This document shows, one piece after another, positions 48,820-62,015 of a stretch of DNA of 64,000 nt. Positions within the stretch are counted from its first letter, which is position 1. Each line of letters opens with the position of its first letter. A program made the position numbers and the translations under genes. Source of the DNA: Heterodontus francisci (lineage: Eukaryota); contig NC_090411.1 of NCBI RefSeq assembly GCF_036365525.1, positions 26,796,819-26,860,818 on the forward strand. Reading direction: 5' to 3'. The notes under the pieces are model-generated. The model was not told where the DNA came from. It made no database searches and saw only the letters and a list, made by a program, of their open reading frames with translations.

Positions 48820-51800
48820 CTATAACTCCAATGTGGTGGTTGAGTTTTGAATTGTGGCCCTTTCCCGCATTACGTGGAAGTATTGACCATCAATGTGCTG
48901 AAAATCCACCGCAAAGAGCCCAAAGAGAAGGAGGAGAACCATTCCAGCAATCCACTCGCATATCGCTGCTGCTGTTCTCCTCTTCCAGTAGTGGAGCAGC
49001 AACACTGGTGTGATGGTCAAGGAAACAGCATCAAGGAGTTTATTTTATTTTCCAGATTACCATGTACAAAACGGTGGCTTTCTCTCCCAATTATCTCCTG
49101 ACTCGCTATTGGGGTGACTATTCCACAACTGCAGGCTCATCTCTTGTATCTCGTATCAACTACCTGACATTCATGCGTGAACCAAGATGGTATCAGGAGG
49201 CTTGGTTGTCTGTATAAGGTGTAGGTGATGGGTCACAGATAAACATGATCTCTTGACCTCCTAGATGTTCATTTATGTATAGGAGTCAGTATGGTGCCAT
49301 TAAAAGTGGGAACAACAGCTCATTTCGTCACCCACCCTCATTTCTCTCTCTCCTATCTCTACCCTATCAGAAGCCAGGTGGAACAAGATAGGCAAGTGGT
49401 TCAACGTGGCGAACAGCACAGAGCAAGGGTCAAATTCGTAACCTTCCTGCTCTGCATAGTTCAGTGCAACAAGATACAAACATACGAATTAGGAGCAGGC
49501 CACTCGGCCCCTCAAGCCTGCTCCACCATTCATTAAGACCATGTCTGCTCTGATTGCAACCTCAACTCCACTTTCCCTCCGACCCTGATAACCTTTCACC
49601 CCCTTGTTTATCAAGAATCTATCTACCTCTGCCTTAAAAATATTCAAAGGCTCCGCTTCCACTGCCTTTTGAGATGACCCCTTATTTTTAAACAGTGACC
49701 CCTAGTGTTAGATTCTCCCACAAGGGGAAACATCCTTTCCACATCCACCCAGACAAGAGCACTCGGAATCTTTTATTTCAATTAAGTTGCCTCTTACTCT
49801 TCTAAACTCCAGCGGATACAAGCCTAGCCTGTCCAATCTTTCCTTGTAAGACAACCTACCCATTTCAGGTATTAGTCTAGTAAACCTTCTCCGAATGCTT
49901 CCAATGCATTTACATCCTTCCTTAAATAAGGAGACCAATACTGTAAACAGTACTCCAGATGTGGTCTCACCAATGCCCTTTATAACTGTAGCATAACTCC
50001 CTACTTTTGTATTCAATCCCCCTTGCAAAATATGATCTATTAACTTTCCTAATTACTTGCTGTACCTAAATACTAACCTTTTGTGATTCATGCACTAGGA
50101 GACCTAGAACTTTCTGCATCACAGAGCTCTGCAATCTCTCACCGTTTAGATAATGTGCTTTTTTATTTTTGCTGCCAAAATGGACAATTACACATTTTCC
50201 CACATTATACTCCATTTGCCAGATCTTTGCCCACTCACTTAAACTTATCATATTAACCAATCATATTATGATGGCTGATGCCTAGGGGCACCTTCACTGA
50301 GGTCATTAATTAATCCTATCTCGTTGCACAATACCAGAGCAGGCTATACTAGGAACATAGGAAGATGGGAACAGGAGTAGGCCATTCAGCTCCTCGAGCC
50401 TGTCCCGCCATTGAATGAGATCATGCCTGACCCGCGGCCTAACTCCATATACCTGCCTTTGGCCCGTATCCCTTAATATCTTTGCTTAACAAAAATCTAT
50501 CTATCTCAGATTTAAAATTCACAACTGTTCTAGCTTCAACTGCTGTTTGTGGGAGAGAGTTCCAAACCTCTACCACCCTTTGCATGAAGAAGTGTTTCTT
50601 AACATCTCTCCTGAAAGGTCTGGTCCTAATTTTTAGACCATGCCCCCTAATTTTAGAATCTCCAACCAGTGGAAATAGTTTATCTTTATCTAACCTGTTT
50701 TTTCCTGTTAATATCTTGAAGACTTCTATCAGATCACCCCTTAACCTTCTAAATTCTAGCGAAAACAGGCCTAATTTGTGTAATTTCTCCTCGTAACTTA
50801 ACCCCTGTAGTCCAGGTATCATTCTTGTAAACCTACGTTGCACTCCTTCCAAGGCCGATATATCCTTCCTAAGGTGTGGTGCCCAGAACTGCTCACAGTA
50901 CTCCGTGGGGTCTAACCAGGGTTTTGTACAGCTGCAGCATAACCTCTGTGTCTTTATACTCCAATCCTCTGGATATAAAGGCTAGCATTCCATTAGCCTT
51001 TTTGATTATTTTCTTCACTTCCTCGTGGCATTTTAAAGATCCTCTTTAAAGTGGATGTCTCTTTGGACATCCATTGTACTTAACCTCTTCCCATTTAGAA
51101 AGTACCCTGCTCTATCCTTTTTTGGTCCAAAATGGATAATCTCACACTTGCCTGCATTGAAATCTATCTGCCACAGTTTTGCCCACTCACCTAGTCTGTC
51201 AATATCTCTTAGCATAAAATTGCAATCATCTAGACTGTCTACAATGCCGCCTAACTTTGTATCGTCAGCAAATTTGGATATATGACTTACTATGCCATCA
51301 TCCAAGTCATTAATGAATAATGTGAATAATTGAGGCCCCAACACAGATCCCTGCGGAGACCACTAGTCACATCCTGCCAATCAGAGTACTTACCCATTAT
51401 CCCCACTCTCTGTCGCCTACCACTCGACCAACTCCCTAACCATGTTAATAATTTGCCCTCAACTCCATGGGCTTCTATGTTAGTTAACAGTCTCTTACGT
51501 GGGACTTTATCAAATGCCTTCTGGAAGTCCATATAAATAACATCCATAGACATTCCCCTGTTCACTACCTTAGTCACCTCTTCAAAAAATTCAGTGAGAT
51601 TTGTCAGACATAACCTTCCCATCATGAATCTATGCTGGCTGTCCCTGATTAACTGAATTTTTTCTAGGTGTTCAGTCACCCTATCCTTGATTAGATTCCA
51701 GCAACTTGCCCACCACAGATGTCAGGCTAACTGGTCTGTAATTTCCTTGGTTCCTCCTTTCACCCTTCTTAAAAAGTGGAGTGACATGTGCAACTTTCCA

Positions 51801-54800
51801 GTCCAGAGGGACCACTCCTGAACCCTCCTTCCCCAGTACTGGTGCCAATGTCCCACGAATTCGAACCCATTTCTCCCACACCAATCTTTGAGCCATGCAT
51901 TTACCTCTTTAATCTTATTGACCCTGTGCCAATTTGCTTGTGGCTCAGGTAGTAATCCGGAGATTATTACCTTTTTGGTTCTGCTTTTTAATTTTAGCCC
52001 CTAGCTGCTCATATTCCCTCAGCAGAATCTCTAACCTTGTTCTACCTATATCATTGGTACCTACGGGGACCTCGACAACTGGATCTTTCTCCTCCCACTC
52101 CAAGTTCCTCTAAAGCCTAGATGATATCCCAAACCCTGACACCAGGTAGGCAACAGAGTCTTCGGGACTCTCGATCCTGGCCACAGAGAACAGTGTCTAT
52201 GCCCCTAACTATACTATCCCCGATTACGACTACATTTCTCTTTTCTCCCCCCACTTGAATGGCTCCCTGTACCATGGTGCTGTGGTCAGTTTGCTCATCC
52301 TCCCTACAGTCCCTGCTCTCGTCCAAAAAAGGGAGCAAGAATCTTGAACCTGTTAGACAAGGACAATGGCTGAGGCTCCTGCAGCATTACCTCCTGGATC
52401 CCTTTACCTGCCTCACTCATAGTCACACCTTCCTGTCCCTGACCACTGGCCAAATTCAAGGTAGTTAAGGGGTGTGACTGCCTCCTGAAGCACAGCATCC
52501 AGGTAACTCTCCCCCTCCCTGATGTGTCGCAGTGTCCGAAGCTCAGACTCCGGCTCATCAACTCTGAGCTGGAGTTCCTCGAGCAGCCAACACTTGTTAT
52601 GGATGTGTTCACCAGGAACCACAATGGGGTCCACCAGCATCAGCGATCATAATATGATGGTATTTTACAACATTGAACAGGCTGAGGCTGTTTTCTGTCG
52701 AGAAGAGAAGGCTGAGAGGTGGCCTGATGGGGGTCTTAATGATTCTGAAAGGGTTTGATGGGGTGGACAGAGAAAAAAAAATTATTTTATGGAGAGTCCA
52801 ATCTAGGGGCCATAAATATACAATAATCACTAATAAATCCAACAGGGAATTCGGGAGAAACTTCATTACCCAGAGAGTGGTTAGAATGTGGAACTCGCTA
52901 TCACAAAGAGTAGATGAGGTGAATAGCATAGATGCATTTAATTGGAAGCTAGATGAGCACATGAGGAGAAGGGAATAGAAGATTAAGCTGATAGGGTTAG
53001 ATGAAGAGGGATGGGACAAGGCTTATGTTGAGCATAAACAGCATAGACCAGTTGCGCTGAATGGCCTGTTTCTGCACAGTAAATTCTGTGTAATACATTG
53101 TGTGTCTACCACTCAGCCCTCAATGAACTCAATGGAGCAGTAAGATAATGGGCTCAGTCCGGCAATCTGGGATTTGCCAAGAGTAGAGGCACCAGTTAGA
53201 GGCCATTCCATCCCCTGCAGTGTGTGAGGAAATCAGGATTGTGGGTGGTGGGCGTTTATTGTTCCTGTCACCATTCATATCTCCCAGTGGCAAAAGGGCA
53301 TGCAGATGGAGACGGCCTGAACATTGGTTTCTCATCCTCTCTCCAGCAGAGGTGAAGGACTCAACCAGATCTAAAGATTAATATTGAGACAAAAGTTGTG
53401 TCTTCTTCAACAAAAGGAATAATTTAAATCTTGTGTGGTCCCTGGGCACTGTCCAGAACCATGCCTAAATGCCCATTTGCGAGCCCAGCAGTGATCATCC
53501 TGTGGGATATCACAGCCAAATGCCCATAAGAACACAAGAAATAGGAGCAGGAATGGGCCATTCTCCCCCTCGAGCCTGCTCCACCATTCATGACTGATCT
53601 ACCTCAACCCGACTTTCCCACTCTATCCCCCATATCCCTTACTTCTCTTTGTACTCAAACATATCCAAATGTCCTCAGAAGCGCCTCTTCCAGCAGGGGT
53701 CAAAAAGGGATAGCAAACATAAGCAGGAATTTTAGCTGATTTTTTCCCCCACTGTCCCTCTAGTCCTGGGGCATAGAGGACAATTGCACAGTTACTACGG
53801 CTGCTGAAAGCAGTTAACTCAAGACCAGCTTCGGAGCCTGAGGCCTTCTGGTCTGTAAGGCTTGCCATCACATCACATGGTGAATTTACCCATGAAGCCA
53901 CTGGGGGAGCTTTGCGTGCCAATTGGATCAGGTCCCTGAGAAGATATGTCTGTCTGACCCACTGAGCTCCTCATCAGAGAAAGGGGCCAGCATCACCCCT
54001 TCTCGCCTGGGTCAGATTTGAACACAGTCTTCCTGATCATTGATAATGCTAATCGACCTATTGCCTTATGGCTAAAGGATACACAGGATGAGGCAGACAG
54101 TGCATACGAGGCTGCAGATTATCCGTACTGGGCCAATCCACTTCCCTCCGTGCTTTGGTTTTATCTTATAGGTAAGTACCACCTGCAGCCAGAAGTAGAG
54201 ATTGCCAATAAAGAACGTGAGAAAGGCCCCCACCAAGTGCACGTAAATCTGGTTGACGGTCTGTTGAGAAAATAAATGTAGAGGTTAGTGTTCTGGTGGA
54301 GTTTGTGGGTTTTTTTGTTTTTCTCCCTCCTATGGTAATGAGTTTAACTACTTGAAGAAGAGTGATGTTATGTAACCAGCCAATAATTAACTATGTAGCA
54401 CCATCCCGTTATGCCAACCAAGAGACCACCCATCGCTTTGTGGACTCAATTGGAAAGTTCCCAAGAGAGAAAATAAAGGAAAGCAAGAAACATGACCAGC
54501 AATAATGTGTCAGCCATGGCTCAGTTGGTAGCACTCACACCTGAGTCTGAAGATTCTGGGTTCAAGTCTGGCTCCAGGACTTAAGCACAAAAATCAAGGC
54601 TGACGTTCCAGTGCATTACTGAGAGAGTGCTGCACTGTTGGAGGTGCCATCTTTTGGCTGAGGCATTAAACTGAGGCCTTTCTCAGGTGGAGGTAAAAGA
54701 TCCCATTTGCACTATTTCAAAGAACAGCAAGGGGGCTTATCTCTGCAGTGCTGTCCTCAACCCACATCACAAAAACAGATGAGCTGGTTATTACCTCATT

Positions 54801-57800
54801 GCTGTTTGAGGACCTTGCTGTGAGCAAATTGGCTGCTGCATTTCCTACGTTACAACTGTGACTACACTTCAACAAGTACACCATTGGCTGTAAAGCACTT
54901 TGAGATGTCCGGTGGTTGTGAAAGGAGCTATATAAATGCTAGCATCAGTAATAATGACCATTGAACTTTAAGATTGTTGTAAAAACCCATCTGGTTCACT
55001 AATGTTCTTTAGGGAAGGAAATCTGCTGTCCTTGCATACAAACGTACGAATTAGGAGCAGAAGTAGGCCATTCGGCCCCTCGAGCCTGCTCCGCCATTCA
55101 ATAAGATTATGGCTGATCTGTTTGTGTCTCAAATTCCACTCTCCCATCTACCTTTGAAGGTATTCTTAGAGTCATAGAGAGATACAGCACTGAAACAGGC
55201 CCTTCGGCGCACCGAGTCAGTGCCCACCAACTACCACCCATTTATACTAATCCTACATTAATCCCATATTCCCCGATAACCTTTGATTCCCTTGCCTAAA
55301 AAGAATCTATCTACCTTAAAAATATTCTATGCCCCCGCCTCCACCACCTTCTGAGGCAGAGAGTTCCAAAGTCACACAACCCTCAGAGAAAAAACTTCTC
55401 CTCATCTCTGTCCTAATAAGGGCAACTCTGAATTTTAAAATCGCGCGCCCCAGTTCTAGACTCACCCACAAGAGGAAACATCCTTTCCACATCCACATTG
55501 TCAAGACCATTCAAGATCTTATATACTTCAAGCAAGTCTCCCCACTCTTCCAAACTCCATTGAAAACAAGCCCAGTCTGTCCAAGCCTTCCTTATAAGAC
55601 AACCCACTCATTCCAGTTATCAATCTAGTAAACCTCCTCTGAACTGCCTCCAATGCATTTACATCCTTCCTTAAATAAGGAGACCAAAACTGCACACAGT
55701 ATTCGAGATGTGGTCTCACCAATGTCCTGTACGACTGAAGCATAACATCCTTACTTTTATTTTCAATTCCTCTCACATAAATAAAGGATAGCATTCCATT
55801 AGCCTTCTTTATTATTTGCTTTACCTGCATACTAACTTTTTGTGACTCATACACTAGAACACCTAGATCCCTCTGTACTTTGGAGCTCTGCAGTCATTCT
55901 CTGTTTAAGTAATATTCTGCTTTTTTATTCTTAGAGTCATAGAGAGATACAGCACTGAAACAGGCCCTTCAGCGCACCGAGTCTGTGCCCACCAACAACC
56001 ACCCATTTATACTAATCCTACATTAATCCCATATTCCCTACCACATCCCCACCACCTACCTACACTAGGGGCAATTTACTATGGCCAATTTACCTATCAA
56101 CCTGCAAGTCTTTTGCTGTGGGAGGAAACCAGAGCACCCACCGGAAACCCACACGAGCACAGGGAGAACTTGCAAACTCCGCACAGGCAGTACCTAGAAC
56201 CAAACCTGGGTCGCTGGAGCTGTGAGGCTGCAGTGCTAATCACAGCGCCCCTGTGCGCTCTTCCTGCCAAAGTGAACAACTTCACATTTTCCCACATGCT
56301 CCATCTACCAGATTTTGCCCACTCACTCAACCTATCTATATCGGTCTGCAACCTCTTTATGTCCTCTTCACAACATATTTTCCTACCCATTTTTGTGTCA
56401 CCTGCAAATTTCACTACCACGCCATCGCTCCCCTCATCTAAGTCATTGATATAAATTGTAAAAAGTTGAGGCCCCAGCACAGACCCCTGCAGGACTCCAC
56501 TCATCACATCCTGACGATCAGAAAAGGACCTATTTATGCATACTCTCTGTTTTCTGCCAGAGCCAATTTTCTATCCACGCTAATATGTTACCCCCTACGC
56601 CATGAGCTCCTACTTTGCGCAATAACCTTTTATGTGGCATCTTGTCAAATGCTTCTCGAAATCCAAGTACAGTACGTCAACTGGCTCCCCTTTATCCACA
56701 GCGCCTGTTAATCCTTCAAAGAACTCCAATAAATTGTTTAAACATGATTTCCCTTTCACAAAACCATGCTGACTATTCCCAATGACCTTGAGTTTTTCTA
56801 AGTGCCCAGCTATAGCCTCCTTAATGGTCGATTCTAACACATTCCCCATAATAGACATCAAGCCTAATGGCCTATAGTTACCAGTTTTCTGACTCCCCCC
56901 CACCACTCAATCTTCTTGAATAGAGGGGTTATATTTACTACTTTCCAGTCTGATGGAACCTTTCCAGAATCCAGAGAATTTTGAAAAATTAACACCAACA
57001 CATCTACTACCTCATTAGCCACCTCTTTTAAGAACCTAGGATGAAGCCCATCTGGACCCGGGGACTTGTCAGTCCGCAGCTCCATCAGTTTGCTCAGTAC
57101 CATTTCCCTGGTGCCTGTAATTTCACCAAGTTCCTCTCTTCCTTCCACCTCCTGATTTACAGTTATTACTGGAATGATTTTTGTATCCTCTATAGTGAAG
57201 ACAGAAGCAAAATATTTGCTCATTTCATCCGCCATTTCCTTATTATCTACTATTAACTCCCATTCTCACTCTTTAGAGGACAAACACTCACTTTACTTAC
57301 TATTTTCCTTTTTAAATACCTGTAGAAACTCTAGCTATGTTTTTACATCTCTAGTTAGCTTCCTCGCATACTCTAATTTCTTTCTCCTGATTAACCATTT
57401 AGTCATTCTCTGCTGCTCTTTATATTCTGACCAATCAAATGAACTGCCACTCAACTTTGCACAATTATATGCTTTTCCCTGGTCAGGCCGACATGTGACT
57501 CCAAACCTACAGCACTGTGGTCAACTCTTAACTGCCCTCTGAAATGGCCTAGTAAGCCACTCAGTTGTGAAGAAGGCAGCTCACCACAACCTTCTCAAGG
57601 GCAATTAGGGATGGGCAATAAATGCTGGCCTTGCCAGCAACACCCACATCCCATGAACGAATTAAAAAAGAGTGGCACAGAAATGGAAGGGAAATATTTT
57701 TCAAGAATTAGAGATATCTTCAGAATGGGAATATGGGGGTATCAGAACCACTTTGTTCAAGACAAAAAAAGGGGGTGAAAAAACAGGAAGGAGAGTGGAG

Positions 57801-59744
57801 GGGGGCGGGAAAGGGAAGTTGGGGTTTCCTTTCATAGATCATGCAATGGCATTTTTGTTTTTTATTAAGTACATCTGTTAAAGAACAGGACTTGTGTTGC
57901 TAATGCTTTTGGGTATTTTGCTGAAGTGAAGACAGCAATGGATCAGCAGTTTGTTCACCACCACCATCTCGAGCATAATTATTAATGGGCAATAAATGAC
58001 TGGCTTTGCCAGTGACACCCACACTCTGTCTCCGGATGCTCTGGAAATCATGAGTGTGGGGAACAGCTGGTCTTTTGTACATATGCAGTCATTATCCATG
58101 CTCGATTATCAGGAATGGCAGCTGCCATCGGTGGAACAGTAACCCAGCAAGAGTCTACCCATTCAACCTGAACTATTCCCCTACTGCAATCTACCTCCCC
58201 ACTTCTGATGCTGCGCTGGAGTCCAATGAAGTTAGTTACCTGAAAATTCCCCACCAAAGACGCCCCCACAGCACACAAGCAGCCGGCCACCAGACTGACG
58301 ATGTTTAGGGAAGACTGGTATCCGTAGTCAATCACTTGTTGGTACCTGATGACACAAACCCAAGTAACTGCAAAGAATGAGAAAGACCAACTTAAAAAAA
58401 ACAAACAAACATTAAAAATAAGCAAGATTACTCACAATGTAACCTCTTTTAGATGATGAGAGAAAATCCCCAGCACTTAAACAAAGATGATCCGGCCGTT
58501 ATCACACTGCTGTTCGTGGGAGCTTGCTGCGCTCAAATTGTCTGCTGCTACTACAGTAACTACACTTCACGTGTACTTCATTGGCTGTAAAATGCTTTGG
58601 CACATCCTGAGGTCATGAAAGGTACTATATAAATGTAAGTTCTTTCTAGTCGGTCTTTCTTTATAACAAACCTCTCAGATTCCTCTTTCCAACATTTGTG
58701 CGACGACATAGGATATTCAGAAACAGGCCATTTGGCCCAACCCATCCATGCTAGCACTTATGCTCCACTCGAGCCTCCTAACCCTCCATTCCCTTCTCCC
58801 TCAAATGCTTGTCCAGCTTCCCAATAAATGCATCTATACGATTCACTTCAACCATTCCCTGTGATAGCAAGAGACACATTCTCGCCACTCCTTGGGTAAA
58901 GAAGTTTCTTTTGAATTCCCTATTGGATTTCTGGTGACTATCTTACGTGACTATCTCTTATCTTGCAAGAGACTGCCACATAGAGCAGGAGGCAATGCAA
59001 GCAGATGGGAAATGAGTCATCTAAGCTATGACACCTATCACTGGTGATCATAGGATCAAGGAGAGGAATTTCCCTCCTTGAGGTCAACTGTAGTCCAGCC
59101 TAAGGTTGCCAACCCTCCAGAATTGGTATAGAGTCTCCAAGAACAGAAGATTAATCTCCAGGGCACTGCTTTGAGCAAACCCTGGACATAAATCATAGGG
59201 GAAACTCAAAAAGTGTTTTTCTCCTCCATTTTCTTTGAACTATCTATTCGTTATAAAAGTTATTGGAGATGGGAAAAAGGCTATTTGACTGGTAGTCAAG
59301 TACCATCCAATCAGGGAATGAAGAGTCTTTTTGCTTTCCAATTGGTTTGAGGAAGCAGGATGCCGCAAGGATGGGCATGCCGGGTGACCGATAGCGGGAG
59401 TGTAGGGGCGGGTGGTTGGAGGCAGGAAATCATGTGGATGAAACCACAAGGAGAACATCCAGCCAAAGTTGGCAATCCTAGCCAGGCTGCTTCCGTTTTA
59501 TCATTGGGTAACCCAGCAGTTACCAACAATTGATCCTGTGCTCTTTACAGACTCTGTGCCTCAGTCCCTCGCTAAACCCTGGCGCAATAACGTGCCTTCG
59601 TTAATTGCAATCAAAATAGTTCTCCGCATGTTCTCAAAGAAAACACAATTGAAGATCGTGTCCAAGACCTACTCACCCAGAAAAGCCCCGATGTTCATGA
59701 TTTGGCCAAAAATGCAACTCTGGGGAGGTTCTGCCCCACAGATA
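48820..59744 (-). CDS. TMEM150B: TMEM150B (DRAM/TMEM150 family), 3' part; coding exons 59677-59744, 58240-58367, 54083-54260, 48820-49004; 5' exons not found in the window
   Basis: In-phase spliced translation (S)[84 protein letters not shown]../[38 protein letters not shown]; resembles human TMEM150B motifs ([23 protein letters not shown]) as recalled. Confidence 0.88.
49475..50255 (-). mobile_element. CR1 3' fragment
   Basis: ORFs 49708..50028 and 50066..50260 with CR1 C-terminal motifs. Confidence 0.8.
50350..52640 (-). mobile_element. CR1 RT/3'UTR fragment (to about 51820) joined to a CR1 ORF1 fragment (about 51820-52640)
   Basis: ORFs 50439..50852, 51033..51344 (KFADD) and 51290..51679; ORF1 motifs [10 protein letters not shown] and CCLPG in 52117..52338. 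Confidence 0.85.
52670..53095 (+). mobile_element. CR1 3' end fragment
   Basis: [27 protein letters not shown] (52673..52978). Confidence 0.8.
54508..54940 (+). mobile_element. Near-complete DeuSINE (SacSINE1-like)
   Basis: tRNA-like head TGGCTCAGTTGG..GGTTCAAGTC, Deu core CAGGTGGAGGTAAAAGATCCCA, L2-like tail GTGAAAGGAGCTATATAAATGC. Confidence 0.82.
55035..57482 (-). mobile_element. Degenerate CR1 with nested HE1-like SINE insertions
   Basis: ORF fragments 56864..57235, 56610..56906, 56097..56507 and 55528..55854. Confidence 0.85.
55933..56258 (-). mobile_element. HE1-like V-SINE nested in CR1 (a 3' fragment of the same family lies at about 55168-55272)
   Basis: Reverse complement of the 46229-46535 element; host sequence TATTCTT/TCTTCCTGCC resumes on both sides. 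Confidence 0.85.
59101..59480. mobile_element. MITE-like DNA element (hAT-like termini)
   Basis: Terminal inverted repeats TAAGGTTGCCAAC (59101) and GTTGGCAATCCTA (ending 59480); no clear TSD. Confidence 0.65.
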
Positions 59745-60898
59745 CTGAGGAGAGAACAGAAAGTCAAAGATGAAGCCTTTTTCATTCAGCCAGCTAGCTG
59801 TAACTTACATTACGTAGAATTACAGAATTTGCAGCACAGAAACAGGCCATTCGGCCCAACAGGTCGGTGCAGGTGCTTCTGCTCCATACGTACCTCCTCT
59901 CACCCTACTTCATCTCACCCTATTGGAAAAACCTTCTATTCCTTTCTCCCTCGTGTGCTTCTTCAGCTTCCCCTTAAATGTATCCATGCTATTCACCACC
60001 ACTCCATGAGGTAGTGAGTTCCACATTCTGAGTAAAGATGTTTCTCTTGAATTCCCTATTGGGTTGATTGGTGACTATCATATATTTATGTCCCTTAGCT
60101 TTAGACTCCCCCACAAATAGAAACATCTTCTCTGTGTCTGCCCTATCGAATCCCTTCATATTTTAATGATATTTATCAGGTCACCCCTCAGCTTTCTCTT
60201 TATTAGAGAAAAGAGCCCAGTCCTGTTTAGTCTTTCCTGTTAGTTATACTGTCCCGGTTCTGGTATTATCTTTGTAAATCTTTTCTGAAATTTCCTTCTT
60301 TAATATGGAGACCAGGCGCTGGATTTTTGTGGAGGAGGTGGAGCTCCTGGCACTGGGCTGAAAAGGTGGGGGTGACGTCCACCCACTCTCCATGGTATAA
60401 TACCCTGCTGACACCCTCCATCTGGGCTCGCATATTAAGACTGGGTATTTGGCCATGGTGTTGCAGGATTTATGGTGCCTCTAGAATCATTCCGAGGCAG
60501 CAGTGAGTGTCTTCAGGACAGAAGGAGCGAAAATGGGAGGGAGGTAAACGAGGATGATCCCTCTGGGGAACATCATTGGTCGTGTGGAGTTGGGACTGCT
60601 AGTTACTTTATGGGGAAGCAATGTGACAGTGATGTCGACACCTAAGGTCTGGCACACCTTGCTTTTCTAGGTGATTAAGTGCTAGCAATAATGGAATATC
60701 TTGTAAGACTTGCAGAGAATATCCATCAGCAAATCCCAAGGGCAGGATTTGTAGGTCCCGATGAGGTAGGGTCAGAGGTGGGTACTAAAAATAGCCAGTG
60801 TTCTGGTTTCACGTTGCGGTTCCAGCCGCCAGCGACTTTCCTCAGGACAGGGAAAGGCGGGACCCAGAAACCTGCCCGATTTGGAGACAAGGCCAATT

Positions 60899-62015
60899 AA
60901 TGTTGTTAACAAGCTCATTGTCAGCTTGTTGAGGGCCAGTTTGGGATTTTGGTGGGGCCGCACCGGTCGCACCTTGGATCAGGGACAGACCAGGTGCATG
61001 GAGGTGGCAACACAGTGGCGAGCCAGTCACGGCCACACCATGATATTCAGTGGGCCCATAAAAGGAGCACTGCTGAGAGGGCCATTCAACCATTGGCGCC
61101 CAAGGAACATCGAGTGTGCACAGGTTGCGGGGACAGTAGTCTGTACACACATTGGGCAACAGTGGTGGTCACCCTGCTGGCATCACCGGGGCATTAGAGG
61201 AGGGGGTAAGGCTTCCAGATATTATGGGGAGTCCAGCTGAGCACAAGGAAAGCAGAAGCTGGTAATGGGAGAATGATGCTGAGATATTGGTCCCAGTGGC
61301 TATGAGAATCAACTTCAGCAGCAGCAGAGGCGCAGCTTGAGGCATGAGGAGGGCAGACGAGAGGAATAAGGGGTAGGAGGGCAACAGAGGCCATACCCTC
61401 ATCATAGGGTGTACCGCCGAAGATGGAGCTACCTGGACATTTCGAGAACCATTGCCGCTGGAGACTGCGCCTATTCAGGCAGATATTCGCTGAGATTTGT
61501 GTCCTCATCACAGAGGACTTCACACCTTGCAGCACTGTTCGCCATGCCTGCCAGTAGCCATCAAAGTCACTGTGGCCTTGAACTTCTTTGCCTCTGGCTC
61601 CTTCCAAGGATAAACTGTAGACCGTGGTGCCACCACACAATTACATCTCACAGGTCACTGATGCCCTATTTGCGAGAGCTGGACAGTACATTCAATTTCA
61701 GACGGACGCGGCCTTGCAGGCACAGGGGGCAGAGGGTTTTGCTTTCCACCACTGTTGCCCAATGTGTGTACAGACTACTGTCCCCGCAACCTGTGCACAC
61801 TCGATGTTCCTTGGGCGCCAATGGTTGAATGGCCCTCTCAGCAGTGCTCCTTTTATGGGCCCACTGAATATCATGGTGTGGCCGTGACTGGCTCGCCACT
61901 GTGTTGCCACCTCCATGCACCTGGTCTGTCCCTGATCCAAGGTGCGACCGGTGCGGCCCCACCAAAATCCCAAACTGGCCCTCAACAAGCTGACAATGAG
62001 CTTGTTAACAACATT
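60899..62015. repeat. Perfect 270-bp inverted repeat (60899-61168 and 61746-62015), 577-bp spacer
   Basis: Arms are exact reverse complements by eye; mirrored ORFs in the track (60842..61159- versus 61755..62075+). Confidence 0.95.

Larger units (their letters stand above)
49005..54082 (-). other. TMEM150B: U12-type (minor spliceosome) GT-AG intron of TMEM150B
   Basis: Donor GTATCCTTT (54082-54074); branch point TCCTTGAC (49023-49016) close to the acceptor AG; no polypyrimidine tract. Confidence 0.9.

Noticed and set aside
60899-62015. Terminal inverted repeats of an autonomous transposon or an invertible switch
   Set aside because: One arm interrupts the transposase coding sequence and the element continues on both sides; no TSD or recombinase
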